DNA of 64,000 nt, from positions 434,001 to 498,000 of the forward strand of contig NW_027191413.1 of NCBI RefSeq assembly GCF_041146345.1, written 5' to 3'. The DNA is from Neodothiora populina (Eukaryota). This document shows, piece after piece, positions 1 to 14,114 of this stretch. Each line of letters starts with the position of its first letter. The stretch's first letter is position 1. Under the pieces are notes generated by a model. That model ran no database searches and was not told the origin of the DNA. It was given only the letters and a program-made list of their open reading frames with translations. Both the position numbers and the translations under genes were made by a program.

Positions 1-37
1 TGTCTTGTTAATCATTGTTATGGATTGTTCAACTCAC

Positions 38-1759
<1,722 letters not shown>

Positions 1760-2641
1760 GGTGACGGTGTTGGAATGTGATAGGAAGTTTAAGTTCAAGT
1801 GTTTGAGATTTCTGCAGAAAGATTAGTAGATGTAGGAAATGGATTCCTGCAGGCAAACCTCACTCAGAGTCGAATGCTTAACGATTCGAGGTATGAAGAC
1901 GGCGGGGAGAAGAGGGTTGTAGGGTGAGTAAAATATTTGTACCCCTCAGGTGCGTCGCTTGTGTGGCCAACGCTTGGCTTAGTCAAGGATTAGCGCCGAA
2001 ATTTTTCGCTGCACAATTGCCTGAAGTGGGGTTTCTGTTGAGACTCACCGCGCTTTGGATCCGCAAAGTGATGCAATTGGTTGGCAGAGTTCTTCGACCC
2101 AGGTGAGCTTGATTGTGACTCTACTCAACTCGGTGGCAAGATGATGCGCTCGTACACCTGTCTTTTAATTGGTGTCTTTCATCGGTGTCCGCATTCGATA
2201 GCAAGGTGTCCTTCATAACTCCAAAAGGTAGCCCATCCGAAGAGGCTAGAAGCGTCGCCTCACACCAACAACACACCCTCATTCAGGTAGTGGGGTGCTC
2301 TGATTTTGCTCTCTCTCACTCACTGGAGGGGCAAGCATGTGACCTCATCATTGTGGTGTGAGTTATGGGGCCCTCTCCGATACCAACATCGAGTCAGTCA
2401 TTGAGGCGCAAAAAAGATAAGTGAATCATGTGTGAAAGAGTTTCTCATTGACGCTCTACCTGGAGCAATCCTGTATTTTTCTGACAACAATTGCTGTCGC
2501 TCCGCTGCTCCTTTTCTGTCTTTTCCTACACACTTGATCACACTCTTCTCTCTTCCTTAAGACCTTCCGCGCCCGAAACCACATCTGCCGCAACTCTAGA
2601 AATCCTTCTGTCCACTTTTCGTCTTATCTCTGTACCCCGCC

Positions 2642-3358
2642 ATGTCTGCCATTCCAGCATACAAGCAAGAGCTGATCAAGCTCACGCTCACATCGGGCAT
2701 CCTGACATTCGGCGAGTTCACCCTCAAATCCGGCCGAAAGTCACCCTACTTTTTCAACTGTGGCCTGTTCTGCAAGGGAAAGCTCATCCGGGGCATCAGC
2801 GAGGCTTATGCGCGGACGATCGCAGAGTACAGTGCTCAGCATCCCGAGTTTGAGTTTGATGTGTTGTTCGGCCCTGCGTACAAGGGCATCCCGCTGTGCG
2901 CCACGGCCGCCGAGAAGCTCGCTGGAATCGACGAGGCCAAGTATGGGGATGTGGCTTTTGCCTACAACAGAAAGGAAGTCAAGGACCACGGCGAGGGCGG
3001 TCTGATGGTTGGTGAGTCTCTGAAGGGCAAGAAAGTGGTCGTCGTCGACGATGTCATGACCGCCGGCACTGCCATCAGAGAGGCCATCAGCATCATCAAG
3101 AGTCAGGGTGGTGAGCTCGTGGGCATCATTGTAGCTCTCGACAGACAAGAAAAGACTCCTTCCCAGAGCGAGAAGGAGGGTAAGGGTGATGATGGGTCTG
3201 ATCGACCTAGCACCATTGGCCAAGTGCGACAGGAGACTGGCGTTCCCGTACTTGCAGTCATTACTCTTGACGATGTTATCGGAGGTGCCAAGGGCATGGC
3301 CACCGAGGAGCAGATCAAGTCGATGGAGGCTTACAAGCAAAAGTATGGCGCCAACTAG
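2642..3358 (+). CDS. URA5: Orotate phosphoribosyltransferase
   Basis: Intronless 238-aa ORF with FTLKSGRKSPYFFN, LFGPAYKGIP, RKEVKDHGEGG and the PRPP-binding VVVVDDVMTAGTA motif. Confidence 0.98.
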   Translation: MSAIPAYKQELIKLTLTSGILTFGEFTLKSGRKSPYFFNCGLFCKGKLIRGISEAYARTIAEYSAQHPEFEFDVLFGPAYKGIPLCATAAEKLAGIDEAKYGDVAFAYNRKEVKDHGEGGLMVGESLKGKKVVVVDDVMTAGTAIREAISIIKSQGGELVGIIVALDRQEKTPSQSEKEGKGDDGSDRPSTIGQVRQETGVPVLAVITLDDVIGGAKGMATEEQIKSMEAYKQKYGAN

Positions 3359-3688
3359 ACAAGTCAATTCACAACAGTACAGAGCTACGACAAGAGCAGG
3401 AAAAACGAGTAGATACCCAACAACACAGTAGGTGTTTTGAAATTACAAAAAGAGATACAGAAATATATCCAAGGGAACAATTGGTCTGAGAGGGCCGACT
3501 CAAAAATCCACACTATCTGCAGTCTGTCTGCCTATGGAAATGGTGTAGAGAAGAAGACCTGAAAGAAAAAAGCAGAGAGCTACTGCAACAATCTTTGAGC
3601 TGGACTGGACTTCCGCTAGATCGGCGCGCTATACAATGCACACACGCTATCAAGCCGTTATCGTTATCATTACATGTCGTGGGTGAAG

Positions 3689-6508
3689 TCAGATTTCTGT
3701 CGATATATGCGCATCATCCGCTTCTGGGGTTTGGGATGCCTCGTTCTTGAGGTTCGGCTCCTGTTGTGCGGGAGGCGCTGCTGTCGTCTTCTCGGTCAGC
3801 GGTCTCGCGAGCGGGGTGTGATAGGACGTACGAGTCGGTATCTCTGGGGCTGACTGCGGTGACACAACATCGCATTTCTGGGGCGGTTCGGTAGGAGGAT
3901 CGCGGTCAGGTGGCAACGCGGTCACTCGAATGAGTTGACCGCACTCGGGATTTCTATCCTCGGCCTCATCTTGTTGTGATGTGGATGATCTGGCAAATCT
4001 TGTAGCATTGGATGACTCAATGCCTGCGATCATGTCTTCATCAAAGCCCGAGTCATGATGCAGTGGCGAGCTAAAGTATGCACTTTCTCGCCTTTCAGAT
4101 GAATGATTGCCATCGTCAAGTCCGTACTCGCTGATCTGTGACGAAGCGTTGGTGTTATGCATAATCTGGGTGTCATGCTCACGCAGGCTCCCTCTCTCTC
4201 CCGTTGCATGCGGATAAGATTCCTGTGATGATTGAAACTCGCCTAATCTAGCAACACTAGATTCTCTGATCAATTTGTGCTGGCGAGACAAATGCTCTTG
4301 AAGATCTACGACTTCGTCATGCATGTCTTGTCGAACGTCTATCTTCGTGGTAAATCCTACAGCATCAGTAGCTGACAAGCTTGTTGCGCTACTCGAGGGT
4401 TTTCTTCGGCCGCGTCCGGCTGTCGCGCCGTGATTCGTGATTAGATAGCTGCCGTCGCTTTGGAATCTGTCGTATGTGGATGGTGCAGGGTCTGCAGATG
4501 TGTACGCTTCGGAAGTTAGATGCGAGGGCATAGGGGGCACGTAGTTGCGTCGATGCTCCTCTATATCTTCAAGGTGTACAGCTGCCGCGGGATCGATGTA
4601 TTGCTTGTCTGAACGGCGACTCCTGATGCTGTGATCAGATAACCTCAGATCTACGGCCTGAGGATCTTCAGGCTCAGGTATCGGCGGGAATTCACCGAGA
4701 AGTTGCTTCGCGCTCAGACGATCTTTCGGCCGCTCGCTCAAGCATATCTCCACGATTCTCTTGAACCACAGCGGCGTCTCTTGATCACGTACCGGGGGAA
4801 GTCGATCATTGGTGCGTTCCGCACTCTCGGGCTCGTCTGTCTTCTCTGCTAGCGCCCAGAGCACCATGCCCAACTGGAACAGGTCGCTCTTGACACCAAT
4901 GCACATACTTATTCTCTGCCCGCTGTGTATAAGACTGAGTAACTCGGGAGGTTCCCAGCCGACTGGACAACCTCTGCGGTTGATATCAATGATCTTCGCA
5001 TCGTCGTCACTGTCAATGACTATGTTAGACAAGGTAAAGTCTCCTTGGACGAATCCGGCTTCGTGAATCTCCGATAGTCCCTCTATTGTTTGGTAGGCCC
5101 ATCGTTCGCGTCTCTCCCACGGGAGCTGATCTGTATCTTTGTAATCATAAAGCATGTCGACCAAGGAGCCTCGTGGCGCATAAGAGATAAGCAGGCCCTT
5201 GACGTATGCATAACCCTCGTCAATCACGAGTCCGTGAAATTGTATCACACTCCTGGCGTCTTGCAGCGAGTCTAGAGCGTTGATCTCATACAGAAATTCG
5301 TCTACTGTATCGGGTCCAGGGATCTCTTTCTTGATGAGATCTTGGTCGTTGACACTGACGCGATAGACGAAGCCTGACAGATGAGCATCAAAAGTGAGCT
5401 CGCTCTCGCGATAACGTTTACAATGCACGTGCTCAACGAGAGATATCGAAGGATAGGAAATAATCTCGTTGACATCCTCCGTGACATGAACATGTAATCT
5501 TCCATCCTCGGTCTGTAGCTTGAGATTTGTGACGGTATCGAAAAACTGAATGTCGGCCAGTGAATCTCGTACAGCCTCGTATATGCGAGCATTCTTGTCT
5601 CGTTGATATCGCAGCGTTTTGAGGTCTGCCTCTAAGGACTCTGGCTCGGCATCTCGGTAGTCGAGCGAGATTGTGACTCTTCGCCATAAGTTGGGCCGCT
5701 GGGCATATGTCACGAAAAACTTTTCCCTTTCTGACTTGTCGCGGAAGTGCATGCTCAGGTTTAAAATCCATTGCGACTCAAGCTCGGCTTGTAATTCACG
5801 TTCATCCAATACGTCCGAGTGAGATTCGTCGTCGAGAACTGGTGGATACTCGCTGCTGTCCACAAGATTTGACTGTGCGTGAATGACGGGATCCGAGGCA
5901 ATCGAGCCTTCTATATCATCAAGGCCATAGTGAGACTTCTGCAGCGAGCTGGAGGACGATCGCCTTATAGGGGTCCCGACCTCAGGTGCAGAAAGAGACG
6001 GAAGATGCCTCTTGGGCGACGAAGCACGATCTGTTCTGTTGGTGCTCCGTGGACGTCGGTCTGCGCTCAGTGCTCTCTTCTCGTTCAGTGTTGGTTCTAC
6101 AGCCAAAAGCCTGTCGCGCTTTTCCGAGTTCTGTCTTCGGAAGGTTAGCGGCCTGGGTAAGCCAGGGACAGCCCTTCTATGACCCTTCCGTCCTAAAAGA
6201 CTCGGTCGCCTTGTCGGTGGCTCTTCTGGCTGTCGCTGCTCTTGTTGCTGCTGCTGTTGCTGCTCCTGTTGCTTCTCTGGGTCCCTCGTCGCCTCTTCTT
6301 GGGGCTCATCGTCTTCCAGCGGCAGATCCTTCGGCGTCGTGTCATTATCACGGAACCAGTGACCCAACCTCGACACCCGTCCGAAAATGGGAATCCTCCG
6401 TTTAGGAGAGTCATCTGCAGGGATCTGAATAGCAGTGTCTTGCATGTCATTTTCTGTGGCGACACTGTTGACAAATGGTATATGCGGCATGTCTGACTTA
6501 TCCACCAT
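3689..6508 (-). CDS. Fungal protein kinase-domain protein with atypical catalytic and activation motifs
   Basis: 939-aa ORF. Kinase-like elements: LIKKEI, FLYEINAL, GSLVDML, GLSEIHEAGFVQGDFTLSNIVI, KIIDIN, WEPPE, KSDLFQLGMVLW, RPKDRLSAKQLL. Flanks are low-complexity and include poly-Q. Confidence 0.88.
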   Translation of the reverse strand: MVDKSDMPHIPFVNSVATENDMQDTAIQIPADDSPKRRIPIFGRVSRLGHWFRDNDTTPKDLPLEDDEPQEEATRDPEKQQEQQQQQQQEQRQPEEPPTRRPSLLGRKGHRRAVPGLPRPLTFRRQNSEKRDRLLAVEPTLNEKRALSADRRPRSTNRTDRASSPKRHLPSLSAPEVGTPIRRSSSSSLQKSHYGLDDIEGSIASDPVIHAQSNLVDSSEYPPVLDDESHSDVLDERELQAELESQWILNLSMHFRDKSEREKFFVTYAQRPNLWRRVTISLDYRDAEPESLEADLKTLRYQRDKNARIYEAVRDSLADIQFFDTVTNLKLQTEDGRLHVHVTEDVNEIISYPSISLVEHVHCKRYRESELTFDAHLSGFVYRVSVNDQDLIKKEIPGPDTVDEFLYEINALDSLQDARSVIQFHGLVIDEGYAYVKGLLISYAPRGSLVDMLYDYKDTDQLPWERRERWAYQTIEGLSEIHEAGFVQGDFTLSNIVIDSDDDAKIIDINRRGCPVGWEPPELLSLIHSGQRISMCIGVKSDLFQLGMVLWALAEKTDEPESAERTNDRLPPVRDQETPLWFKRIVEICLSERPKDRLSAKQLLGEFPPIPEPEDPQAVDLRLSDHSIRSRRSDKQYIDPAAAVHLEDIEEHRRNYVPPMPSHLTSEAYTSADPAPSTYDRFQSDGSYLITNHGATAGRGRRKPSSSATSLSATDAVGFTTKIDVRQDMHDEVVDLQEHLSRQHKLIRESSVARLGEFQSSQESYPHATGERGSLREHDTQIMHNTNASSQISEYGLDDGNHSSERRESAYFSSPLHHDSGFDEDMIAGIESSNATRFARSSTSQQDEAEDRNPECGQLIRVTALPPDRDPPTEPPQKCDVVSPQSAPEIPTRTSYHTPLARPLTEKTTAAPPAQQEPNLKNEASQTPEADDAHISTEI

Positions 6509-9500
6509 TCACAGGCCACCGTGTCTTCAAGTATTCTTCATGAGTAGTGCAGATAGAACTTCGATGACTTCGGATCGAGACTCGGGAAAGAGGGTTATTG
6601 TTGCGGGGGTACACGATGCGCTGTGCGACGTTCGAATAGCATACGAGGACAAAAAGAAAGCTAGGCACGTCTCTGATTGCTCACATGCATGAAAAGGTTA
6701 TCTTATTTGTTGGAAGCAACATTCGTTTCAAAGGCCATCAGTAGTAGGGTGACACAGAAGCTGAGACCTGCTCAAGTAGCACGCGCATGGAGCTTCTTCT
6801 TAAGCAAGTGCACCGGAAGTGTGATATGTGTGCCTGGCGGCTACATAAGATATGTGACAATCAACACGCAGCAGATTTCCAAAACGGAGACCTGCAAGTA
6901 GGTGCAGGCGCAGTTGAAAGCGGTCTACCAACGGAAGGCACGGCGCGTTCAGACCGATGAACCTTGTTGTAAAGGTACATGAGACGGCGACCCAAAACTA
7001 ACGAGGGTACGACTGCGGCAATCAAACGATCGGTCACTGATTTCCGATTATGGGACTACAAATAAGGGGCTTGGAATCCAAGAACGACGGGTGGTTGGGG
7101 GAAAGTGGTTAGACAACCTACCAGAACATGCACCGACGCATGATTCGAAGTGCACGGGCGGGGCAGCGCCGACCAGCACCAGCCACACGCATACGTCCAC
7201 TGTTAGACTTCATGCGAATCCCCCAACCTTGTTGCAAATCGATCACTGGAACCTTTAAAGATATTCCTCCGGTGCCGACAGTTTTTCCCTACCTGTCCAA
7301 CGAAGGTTTTGGTGGTGTCCTCCTACCGAACGTTGTACCATCCATCTTCAGGTTAGTTGGGCCATACTGCGCTGTCACAACAGACGTATCGTCGTCAATG
7401 CATGTTGGGCAGCAGTAATTTCAATGAGCCATACCCATGCAAGAAGCTGCAAAGCCTCCACTTTGATGCTCCGCTATCAAGCTGTACGGTGACATGCGAG
7501 GCTCAGAGAACGCTTATGATGAGTTCAAAACCGTCAAGAGGCACACCGAGGTCATTTGGGACGGAGAGGCTAATTCTTGCCGACGTGGACGTGAGTGCTG
7601 GGTCAGCAAAAGGTACTCTGCCTTCTTCTTGCGCGTCACTCTTACTGTGAGGCTCGATGGGATTTAGCTCGTATATCGCATTATTGACGTGGCAAGTTGA
7701 GTGTTGCAATGGGACTAGCAATAGGCGAAACGGAGTATCCCACGTCGACATTGGCGCCTCGGATGACTCTTGCTTTACCGAGACATCCAAAGTATGTTAC
7801 AGAGTACCTTGTGAAAACACCAAGTGATCAGGCATCCTCGGAACCTTATACGCCTTCACGTAGGAGTGGAGGATCTCGGTTGATGACGGGCACGATGATG
7901 CGCTGTTCAATCTACATCAGGCGATGGCAGAGCGGCTCTGATGGCGTACTAGTATACCGATTGATACCGAACAGCAAGACATGGTAAAGTAGGTAGGTAG
8001 GTGGCCGTCATCTTGAATGATGGAAGCATCAAGCAGTCAGACTCTAAACTCCCCGAGGCTGTGCAGTATGGAAGTTTGAGGCTTTGCCATAGTGCAACAT
8101 GTAGCCATAGGCATGCTTGTAAGTGGGCGGTTCTTCGTCGAGAGTAAGATTGTGTCAGAGTCGAGGTTTGGAACACACGTCTCATTTTTCTCTCTGGTAT
8201 ATCCGTCAATTCTCTCAACCTATGACCAAAAGAAGCGAACACCCGTTCTGGCTGGAAGAATGATGCGTTCACAAGACTGCATAGTATATCTGTCCCTCGT
8301 GTTGTGATGCTCGTAATTGGCGTTCAGAGGGTCATATTGCTTCTCCAATCATTGACGTGTACATTCGAACCCTGTCGAGTATGCACGGCGGCAGTGTGGT
8401 CTTCCATTCACTTCTTGTGACAGAATGAGCTCCAGGTATGTGATAGTGGTGCACACAGTGCCAGAACTCGAGCCTTGTCATAGACCTGACGAAACATCGT
8501 ACAGACTGCGTAGAACTACGTTCGCTGCCTCGTGCCTAGACAAGTCGAAAGCGACGGAGCATCCTTACCTCGCTCTCAACTCGACGGCACGGTGACTGGG
8601 TTGTGACTTGATTCATCCACATTCCATAACCAGCGTCTCTACATCATGGTAGCGTCTATCACTCCTTCGTATACTCACAAGCAGCGATTCGGTTTACGAG
8701 AGTGCTCACTTCAAGGACAGCAGCAGATCCAGCGCATCAAGTCATGGAGTCGAGTCAAAGGGAGTGTACTACTTTCATCGATCCAGACACCACCACTCTC
8801 AACCATCTGACGATTCCTGCTGCTTCCATTATGACATTTGGACCACTCTTTACTTCCTTTCCTTGTCACTGTTCTGCTTACGAGCCGTCTCGACATACCG
8901 TTATGGTTTCCTTCTAGGCAGGGTAGGAGAATGTCTCCTTCTATCAACACTCCCATTATGACAGGACAGTCACCCCTCGGTCGCTAATGCCTATCTGTGC
9001 CTGAAGGCCCCTCGGGTACTGCACCTTCTCCTTGTACGATGGTCATACTACGACATTCACCGAACCCTCGATAATCCTCCATCACCCTCGAAAAGAAAGA
9101 GAAAGGCAAAAGCAACGCCTCCACCCCAACATCAAACCTTGTCAAAGGCAGCCCAAGAGTAATGATCCAAGTATTTGAACTTCAAAACCCTCGACCGTCA
9201 GATACTTCCATAACCGATGACCTAACCCACTTATACGTATATATCAGTCCAGCTATACTCGCAACTGACTGACTAGCTGACCTGCTGACATACATCTCAT
9301 CGCACTACTCGCCTCCACTTTATCCACCTGGAGGACATGCCCGCTCTTTCTCGAAAATTCGAGATTGGCTCGTGTTGCTGTCGTTCAACTTGGCCCGAAG
9401 AAAGATGATTGCTCGGTTCGTGCAGAGATGAAAGTATGGAGACTCTGGAGAGAGAGGAGAGGATTTCAGACCATCAGCCAAAAACCAAAGCGCTGGGGGC

Positions 9501-10503
9501 TCAGGATCTCATGGATACTGTCTGTCTCTTGCGACTTCGAAACAGAGTGTAGTCAGGCAGAATAGGGAGAGGGTTCCTTGTCGACGTACAGATATATTCT
9601 ATGATGAGGATTTTGATATATCGAGACGAAGGAGAAGAGTAGTAGTATGGGATAGCGGCGCCAGAGGCCGTCTTCCTGAAGAGAAGAAAGACGACTGAAG
9701 TACTGGGCAAGGGGCGAGGAGGCTGGCTTGTCGAACGTATGATATTAGACGGATTTGCTGATTGATAGCGAGACAAATGGACAATCCAGAAACCAGAAAA
9801 AAGCCCAATAGCCTCTAGTCACAACCTTGTATGCGAATCATGGAAAGAATATAGAAGAAGAGAAAAAAACAAATGGCACGGATCATGAGCAACAATTTTG
9901 AAAAATCGATGCTGTCATCACGTGCAGTACATACACGACCATATATAATCTTCTGTGTAATTCCCATCTTTCGCCTCTGAACAAGAAGCAGGAAAAGCGG
10001 GAGTCGAACAGTACTAAAGAACAGGGCTTGAGCATTCCATTGCCTTGTAAGCTACGATACAGTAATGTAAAACGCATGTATAAATCCTCTCCTCTCCTTC
10101 TCCGGCCCTCTCTACGTGCCTCCCTAGCCTAAGGAAGACAGGATGCGCAGGAGCGTAAATCCACTGTGGGATCGATGACAATAGAACACAAAACTCCAGC
10201 GGAAACAAAAACCATCATGCTCGTTTGTTTTACCCCCTTCCCCCTCCGTCAAAGTGTAGTAAAAAGAGTTCATAAACAGCTCAGGTATTCAAAGCAGACC
10301 AAAAAACAAAGATGATACCAAAACAAAAGAACGCCCTGATCAGATATAGTGCTTTGTGATGTGATCCAGAACAAGAAATATTTCATATAATTGTTCTTTC
10401 CCTTCTGCACTCACTAAAACTGAACTCGACTCCAATATGCAGAATTCCGAAAGAATGAATATTAAAAATGGATGATGCAGTTCGGTCTGTCTGTCTTGTG
10501 TTC

Positions 10504-11677
10504 TCACATGCCCATTCTCCTGGGTCCAAAGTACAACAGACCGCCGACACCAGTCATGGTCAAGCCAGCCCACCACCAGGTGTCGGGGTTGAGCTTGGAG
10601 CTTTGCTTGAGGATGTTGTTTGCTCCCTTGTAGTTGACGGGAACCTCTCTCTCGAGACCACGCTTGGCCTTCCTAGCTTTGGCATTCGATGTCTGCGTGG
10701 CGCCGGGAACAGCTTCGGTGGGGTTCAGAGTGATGGTCGGTAGCATGTTCGGAGGTGAGTAGACGAGGAACATGGGCTGCAGGGGAGTGCCGTCGAATTG
10801 GTACATGTCGAGACGAAGGATACCGTGGTAAGGATCCGTGTAGATGGAGTAGCGCTGTAATAGAAGTCAGTTGCTGAGAAATACAAACATTATGGAGAAA
10901 AGACAAGCACACCTCAAATATTTCGCTCTGATTGTAACGGGTGTAGGTCGAAGTCTGGGCAGTGCATGGGTCGGACAGCAATTGTCTGCCGTCGACAGCA
11001 AAGGGAGTCAGCTCGAGAGAGCCATTGGCACTGTGGACATATGTGCCATGTTGCCACTGCATGATTGCGGAAGGACAGTCGGGGCTTGTGGCTGCGCAAC
11101 AAGGTCAGTCAAGGTGGGTCCCAAAATCAGCAGACAAGAAGAAAAACGCACGATTGGCAATTGCACGGTAGTAGGCTTCTTCATAGTAGCCATCCGAGGT
11201 GAACGAGTAAGAGATACCAGTTCTGTTCGGCTCGATCAACGTGTCGCTGACGGGATCGTAGAAGCCCTTGAGATTTCATGTCAGTACAGGAATGGCCAGA
11301 CATTGCGAGTAGAAACAACGTACGGGTCCAGTCAGGGTCATCTTGCTCTTGGTGGACCAGGTGCCGACAAGCTGAGAATCGCCAGCGGCTTCACCAGTAG
11401 TGGTTCCTGCGCCTGCTGCTGCGGTTGCCGCTGCTGTCGCACCTGCTGCGGCGGCTGTCGTTGCTGCAGTGGCTCCTCCCGCAGCGGCCGCTGCTGCTGC
11501 TGCGTTCTTGGACGAGGCGGCGGCGGCGACGGCTGCGTTGGACGATGAAGCACTGGCTGCTGCTGCTGATGCGCTCGATGCGGCCGCGGCGGCTGCGGCA
11601 GCTGCTGGGTCTGCAACTTGTGCGATGGCTCCTGACATGAGACCGGCCAGGACGGCGACGGTGGACTGTAATCTCAT
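10504..11677 (-). CDS. ROT1: ER membrane chaperone Rot1 (4 exons)
   Basis: Signal peptide, then [72 protein letters not shown]...[14 protein letters not shown]...|[40 protein letters not shown], and a C-terminal TM segment [17 protein letters not shown]. Confidence 0.95.
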
Positions 11678-12875
11678 GTTTGTGTGTGTGTGGGTGTGAG
11701 AGAGATGTGGAAAATATTGAGTTGTACAGGTATCGGTGCCTAGGCGTGCCGAGGCGTGTGGATGACGGTCGTTGTCGTTGTCGTCGTCAAGTCGTCCAGC
11801 GAGCGGTCTAGTCGTCGTGTGTATCTCTGCAAGTGCGCGCGGGTCACGGCTACTGTCAGGACAGAAATGAAATGTGTTGTCTGGTCGCGTGAGGCGATGG
11901 CTGCGTGTGTGGATTTATTATGCGGCTCTATTTGTGTTGTTGGAAAGGTGTCGGAGATGGGAAATGGTATGTTGGTCAACGATTGTCACAACAAAAAGCA
12001 CAGGCTAGTAGTGGCGCGGGAAAGCAGACGATGGGGTGTCGGCAAGTCGATGCGATGTATTCCCAGAGTCGAAAACAGAATTGCTACTTGATATCTTTTG
12101 CCAGGCAAGTACGAGGGTGGGAAAGAGTGCAGTCCTTTCAACAGTGCAGTAATGTGCAGCACCGAGAGATTGCGAGATCGAGAGGCTGAGAGATTGCCAA
12201 GTACCTTTAGGGACTGTCGGATAAGGTAAAGTCAAGTAAGGAACGGGAACCGAAACACAGTACAATACAGTAAGGTAGTAACCTAGGGTAGAGTATGGTA
12301 CAGTAAGAACTTGCACAGTACGAATAGTGTTGCGTAAGGTAAAATCCCCCCTTCTTCTTCGGTGCTGGATGTCGCCTTTGTGCTTGTGCAGACAAATCCT
12401 TGGAAGCCAACAAATTACGGTGCGGGTCCCCCGTCGTGCCAACTGAGTACCTACCTTACAGACACTGTACCTCACAAACGGCAACAAGAGGTTGGCAACG
12501 CAGTAATGGCTTCACGTTTTCCCTGGGTTCGCCCCCTCTCTTCCTCCCTCTTCTCCCTCTTCATCATCAACGAATAAGAAGAGGCTCTGCCTGTCTTACT
12601 GTTCAAAGGCGCAGTGTCGATCCAGCCCTGATTGTGTGGAGGGAGACGACGGCGTCAGGCGCTCGGCCGTTTTCCCGCCCTCTGCCAATATAATTAGCAT
12701 CAAGACAAATGTACGTGTCCGGTACTTGGCGCTTGTGCATCCCCCTCCATCTGTAATTTGTGCCGATGAACAAGACCCTTGCTGCTGCTGTACCTTGAGA
12801 AAAGAAAGTTATACGCCGACGCTGAAGGCGAGCGTGAGGTTACATAGATCAGAGAAACAAATAACCCTCGAGGGC

Positions 12876-13951
12876 ATGTTCAGACCATCGACTCGCATCA
12901 ATTCTCGACCTTTGACTGCAACAAGATCAGCATTTCTGTCTGAGAGATTTGCCAGGTGCAGCAGCAGCAGCATGTCCACCTTCGCTTCAGACAGATCTAC
13001 TGAGCCGCCGACGACTCGACACAATCGTCCGAAACTAGATCTCGGGAACGAGATGCATCTGTCAGACAAGAAAGCATTGCGCAAGCAGATTGGGCGAGTC
13101 CTATCTGCCCTACCGGAGCACGAGGTCCAGAGTCAATGTCCGTCGTCCGTCCATGCGTCATAAGTCGCTTTGTTGTCATAATTCGAAAATTGTATGCAAT
13201 AGAAGTTGTAAGATACCATAGGCTGACGGCTTCTCATGAAATCAAACAGCTGCCAAAGCCACAGATCTACTGCTTTCCTTGCCTCAATATAGAAATGCGA
13301 AAACCATCAGTATATTCATGTCCATGCCCAGTGGGGAGATAAATACCGAACGTCTCTTGAAACATGCTCTGGCCGAAGGAAAGCGAGTCTTCATCCCCTA
13401 CATCTACAAGGCTTCCAAGGAGAACGTGCAAGACTTACCTGCGAGCATCATGGACATGCTCTGTTTGACCTCCAAGGAGGATCGCGCCACGTTGAAACCC
13501 GACAAATGGGGCATTCCTTCTATAGAAAAGGCAAGCGTGCAAGACAGATTGAACTCATTCGGTGGTAAAGGCCTCTCGAACGGTGAGCCGCCCAGACATG
13601 AAGCCGCTGGTTTGGATCTTATCGTCATGCCGAGTATGGCCTTCGATGCGCAGATGAATCGCCTGGGCCACGGCAAAGGGTACTACGACAACTTTCTCAC
13701 GAGGTACTGTTCTGGCAAAGACGCGCAGGGTCTGCAGCGGATGAAACCATTCTTGGGTATGTTCTATTTTCTCTCACTTCCTCTACTCCTGCTTTTCCGG
13801 GAATTGGCTAACAGGCCGTGTAGTCGGCTTCGCTCTGGCTGAGCAGTTGCTCCCTTCTCCATATCGTCTTCCCACTGAATCCTGGGATTGGAAAGTGGAT
13901 GCCACCATCGTGGGTGGTGTTGATTCGGAAGCCAGATTGATAGTCCCGTAA
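12876..13951 (+). CDS. FAU1: 5-formyltetrahydrofolate cyclo-ligase (3 exons; start codon uncertain among 12876, 12972 and 13053)
   Basis: KKALRKQI helix, ISIFMSMPSGEINT, GKRVFIP, DKWGIP, LDLIVMPSMAFD, NRLGHGKGYYDNFL. Final exon reads GFALAEQ...LPTESWDWKVDA with TAA at 13949-13951. Confidence 0.93.
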
Positions 13952-14114
13952 TTTCAATTCGTGTCGCATGGTTGGTTGCGTATCCTGTACTTCCTTTCTT
14001 TCATGTCGCGCCGCCCGTGTCTGCTCGAAGCTACCTGAACGCCAAAGCTCCCAATAAGCGCCACCTCGAACCCGGGCGCGCCATCAAGGTATGGTACACA
14101 GCGAGCATTTGTAC

